The notes under the pieces are model-generated. The model was not told where the DNA came from. It made no database searches and worked only from the letters and a program-made list of their open reading frames with translations. A stretch of 64,000 nucleotides of DNA from the human T2T-CHM13v2.0 reference genome, Homo sapiens. This document shows positions 56,181 to 64,000 of the stretch, in pieces (within the stretch, counting starts at the first letter, position 1; each line of letters starts with the position of its first letter). The stretch lies in NCBI RefSeq assembly GCF_009914755.1, contig NC_060942.1, one strand, 5' to 3'. Both the position numbers and the translations under genes were made by a program.

Positions 56181-59100
56181 GTTTTCCCAAGCCTATCTCC
56201 AAAGTATGGGAGAAATAAAATTCGAACCCCTATTTGTGACTCCTAGTCTGATGCTCTAATTCATGCTGCCTACACTCATTCAATGGTAAACACACCTTGC
56301 TACTAGTTTACTTTGTGTATTCATAGACATGAATCTCCTCAAAGACCCCAGAACTAAACTTCAGTGAACAGAATGTACACTGGATAAAGTCACCCCATGT
56401 AATAATTTCTCCTGGTATAGTCTGTTATGTGCTAATTTGTCAACAGCTTGTTTTCAAGATGTGGTTATGAAGAACGTGACTCTTTATTCTGGACGAAGTG
56501 GAAGCCCCAGAAGCCACCTGGCTCATCAGGGGTGGACGCCTTGTTTTTCTATTAGAAGTTCTCATTTTCCTGTTTTACTTTGTCTTGAATGACGTTGTGC
56601 TGTGTCCATATGTTGTCTCCTCTGCCCTCTTGGGTCATTCTGTTCCAGCTCACCAGATCGCAGCTGTTTAATGTCTCCTGCAGGCCTCCATTCTTGGCAC
56701 ATGCCCAAACTAGTGCCACAGCAACCCTATTCCAGGTAGGAAACTGGCTACTTTCCAGGGCGTCATTGTTGTTACAGTGTCCTTAAATGTCTGACCTTTC
56801 CACCTCTGTAGATTTGTTTCCATTTAAAAAGCCTGGAGGATTTACAATAGCACTTCCTGTAGTACCAATGTGATAAAAGCAAGGACACCTGGGGAAAACT
56901 ATCTTTTTTTTTTTTTTCACTTTTACATTCATTTCAGATTTAAGGTCGTCAACCTCATGTATCCACTAAAATGGAACTTGTGCCTCCATTCAAATATATG
57001 AGGAAATTTATACTTCTCTTGAATTTTGAGATATTCTCTTTCAAAAGCTTCATCACATAAAAATCTATCCATTTTGCTATCACCTATTCATATTCAGGAA
57101 TCTGGATTTACAATGTCACACGCAATATTATAAAAGTATTCTACAAACTGATCATATGCCATCTGCTTATGAATAATAATTAGCAGCCCCCTCTCCCACC
57201 CCAGGAACACCTGTCTCATTTTACCGCCAGCCTATTTAGAGCCAAGCGTCATTGTTACCTGGATCTTGATCCTCTTTTTCCTGATTAATGTACTTATTTA
57301 GACCTACTATTTAAAGTTTATAGACAAGCTCTGAGCACTACTGGATAGAGAGCCCAGAAGGAAAGTCAAGATGCCAATGCTAATTTTAGATGATTTTACT
57401 GGTCAGTCGACCCAATGTCAAATTGCTAGATTTTCACACTGCCACTCCTATGGCAACCCAATTAGCAAAAAGCTCCTAGCTTGCAAGAAGAGTTTTCATG
57501 AGTATCCTTAGAAAACATACTTCTTATTCAAGGAAGTATGAGTAAAGAAAAAAATAGAAAGTTTTTTGTTTGTTTGTTTTGGGGTTTTTTTTGTTGTTTA
57601 ATAGAGGGTTTTATGTTTGTTTCTTTGTTTGTTTATTTGCCCATGTATCTTTCTATTCTTGAAGCCCAAGGAGGAATGTCCATTTTCTCTTGAAGTCATG
57701 AGGCATATTTTCTTATTATGATTCTCATAAATAGAAGGGTGCCATTTGGAAAAGTGGAGATCATTCTTCATCCTGGTGGTATTAAAACAAACTTTTTTTG
57801 TGCTTTTCAAGTTTTAAAGACCTCAACAAACTTGAGATGTGCATAGATAATTCAACACATTTTATTTTACAAATTGGAAATTGGACAGAAATTTTGACTT
57901 GCTGCAAACAAATTTTCTTCAAGAAATATAGTAATGCATCAGCTCATGCTTTTTCTTAGCATACCTCTGGATGCAAGAGACACAGTTTGTTGTTCATATC
58001 AATAGAAACATTTCAACAACAAAATCTCTTCCCTTTTGTAATATCTATACATCTGATGGCATTATTCCTGCACCACTAATTATTCAGAATGGTCTGTAGT
58101 TTGCTATGTATCACATTTTTTTAATCACTCAAGGAATTGTTAACCTATATAACATTCTTCACTGCTACTTGCCACTCCCATGAAAACTCAAAGTCAGCTA
58201 TTACTAGAATTACTTTTCCTAAAAGCTCCATGGAAGCCTTGGAGTAGCTAACACTTTGAAATAAAAAAGAAAAAACTCATTTTTGAGGCCTTTCACTTAT
58301 TAAGTTATTTTTTATGAAGACCTTGGCATAATTTTATCACTAGTGGTAAAGATTGTTTTCTGTCATACACCATGAATGAATGAAGTTCTTTCCCATATAG
58401 TATTTATTGTACAGTAATTTCACATGCAAATCTATACAAAATACACACAAAACACAACAGTGAAAAATGTGACATAATCAGTAGTCAGAAGGCATCATGC
58501 CACATGTCTATCCCATTGCCAGCATCTTCTACTTCAATATCTATTCCACCTACATTTTTCTCCAATTTCCACCCTTTTTCACATCATATGATTTGTTGTG
58601 GTATGTAAGAATAGGAGAATTACTCATGAACTTTTCTAATTTTTTTATTAAAAAGAGAGAAAATATTAAAATAATCATTCCTGACTTACAGCCAAAGCTT
58701 TTATAAACTATTTCATTCAATATTTATCTGGGGTGCTAGGTTGAGAAGTTTACCAACTGAAGCTCCTTCTTATTAAGCAATAGGGCAAAATAAAGATTTT
58801 GCCTACAGCTCAGTTATTGCTCTTAAAAAGCTTTTAATTTAATCTATGATCAAATAAAATGTCCCAATAGGTTGATTTCTGTGTTCATTGAGTAAGTCAA
58901 CTACTTTGACTTCTAAATCATTTTTCAAAATGTTAATCATGCTAAAAATAAGAACATAAAGGCAAATATAAATCAGACAAAGTGTCTATAAATTAATTGC
59001 CTCTGAATCTTAAGACTAAAAAGGATCATATAATACAATGGTTTTCCAGTTCTGATTCATGGCACACTAGGAATTCTGGAGAAGGGTCTTGAGGGCTGCC

Positions 59101-59674
59101 TTTGCCAGGGAGAGTGGTAAGTGGAACCCTCCAATCTCATTCAGTTACATCACTCAGCTCTACTCTATTCTACATGTTAGACAGAGTTCAGTGCATTACT
59201 TAAAGAAAGGAATTTAGCGGCTGTTTTACTTTGGACTTATATCTTGCATCAGTTTAGATTGTTCAGAGCTGAAGGCAAAAGAGGAAGCCAAAGGTTTTGC
59301 TTTTTGCTCTTCAGTTCATGGTTATTAAAATGTATGTTTTAGGGGTTTTCTCAAGGAAGTTTGATCCTTTGGAGAAAACTGTTGATTAGCATGTCTGCTA
59401 AGCATTTGTACCACTTTCTTGAAAACAGCCAAGCAATGCCAACTCTAGGTCCCATGTCAGGCATAAGGAAGGCAAGAAGCATCATTGGTAACAAATGGGA
59501 GTGGAGGGGGTACAGGATTTGATAGGAAATATAAAATGTGTAAGACGCTTTTAATTGTATTTGTCTCTAAATATCCTAAAATATCAGTCTTGTTGCAATT
59601 AACAGGTATCAAAATAAGTTTTAGCCAAAACTAGGAATTGAAAAGGGTCAGAAGACTCAAGAATTGGCAAACTT

Positions 59675-60614
<940 letters not shown>

Positions 60615-61779
60615 ATACTTCTTTTTTTAATTTGCCTTCAAGAAGCAGAATACGTAGTGTTTAATGGCATCCCTTATGAAGGTAAACTATTGCCTAATCA
60701 GACAAGGTTTTCCTTTCTATATGTTTCTACAAAGCTCCTTCACTTACTCAGAAGGTAATTTCCTGGTACTTAATCCAGTGATACCACAGGCCAAAATTAT
60801 CTTGAAAAGTAAAAGTTCATTTCTTGCATCAATTGATCTGAGTTATTGGAATGATGCTATCTTTTCACACATCATGCCATTCAATTTCTTCATAGTATCT
60901 AATTTAGTCACTTATTTCAACAAAATATTACTGAATGCCTACTAAACAGCCTATGTGAACAGCCCCTATACCACAAGATGGGAGATACTTTTCTTCAAAG
61001 ATGATTTAACTTTAACAATTAATCGTTCATGAACCTCCCAAAACCTCTCAATGAGAATTCTGAGAATACACAGAGGTAGTCCTTAATCAGGCAATGAAAT
61101 CTATTTTCTCAGCCCATTTTCAAAACAATGACCCTTTTACCATAAAGATACGATTCTAGGAGCATTCTGTTTAAAGCACAGGTCTTTCTGTCTCTCTTCT
61201 CAGACAAAAAGCTGAAGCATTTAATTTGCCTTGGCTCATCTCAAGTATGAGTTTTAGACTGAAAACTACTCTTCATTTATTCAATGGCAGAATCTCTATT
61301 AGTCAGCTCTAGTCTGTCTAGTATTTCAAAGCTCCATTTAAGGAAAAAAGAAAAACAGGAACCAGCTTCATTCTTAGATTTTACACAGAGAAATCCCACA
61401 AAGTAATCTTCTAGTGGACCAAAGATGGCTAATCTATGCTTCCCTCATGTAAAGGTTTGATCCTTTGAAGAGAAATCTAAGTAACATGGAGGAGGCTAGC
61501 TCACTGATAAGCTGAAGATAGAATTCATGAGATACGTAAATCCTTCTTCCAGACAGGGCCCCAGAGAGACAGTCTTCTGCCCCTTCACAGTCTGGGTACC
61601 TGGCAATTACTTCTGATGACCTCAGTGCCTCATGTGGTAATGATCTTGTCAAAGGTTTAGCCATAGACAAAATAATCAGGAAGAATTATTTCCCCATAGA
61701 CCAATTTTCTAGGGCTGGCTGTGTGAAACCAAGAAGAAAATACTTTGTCAAATTTATGTGCAGATAAAATCAAATAATG

Positions 61780-64000
<2,221 letters not shown>

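Overview
This is AT-rich, CpG-depleted primate (very likely human) non-coding DNA, intronic or intergenic, and not microbial. It is a layered mosaic of transposon fossils: about 10 full Alus plus one monomer, several L1 relics, L2, MIR, MaLR/ERVL/ERV1 solo LTRs (with a dense same-orientation ERV1 LTR cluster at about 40-44.2 kb) and the DNA transposons MER1B, MER2 and MER3. No protein-coding gene, RNA gene or CRISPR array is supportable; the long ORFs are Alu, L1 or low-complexity artefacts. The most unusual structure is at about 59.3-61.3 kb: a ~0.6 kb patchwork of short direct and inverted copies of neighbouring sequence, joined by TA-rich fold-back arms, which looks like a fossil iterative template-switch repair event older than a neighbouring AluY. 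Other observations are a degenerate 31-33 bp tandem array at 21.25-21.48 kb, a TSD-flanked 5'-only L1 inside an MLT1 LTR, an L1MA with a microhomology-bounded internal deletion, and several exon-like segments that could form a minus-strand lncRNA. Repeat subfamily names come from recall of consensus sequences, not from a RepeatMasker run, and boundaries of old elements are approximate.
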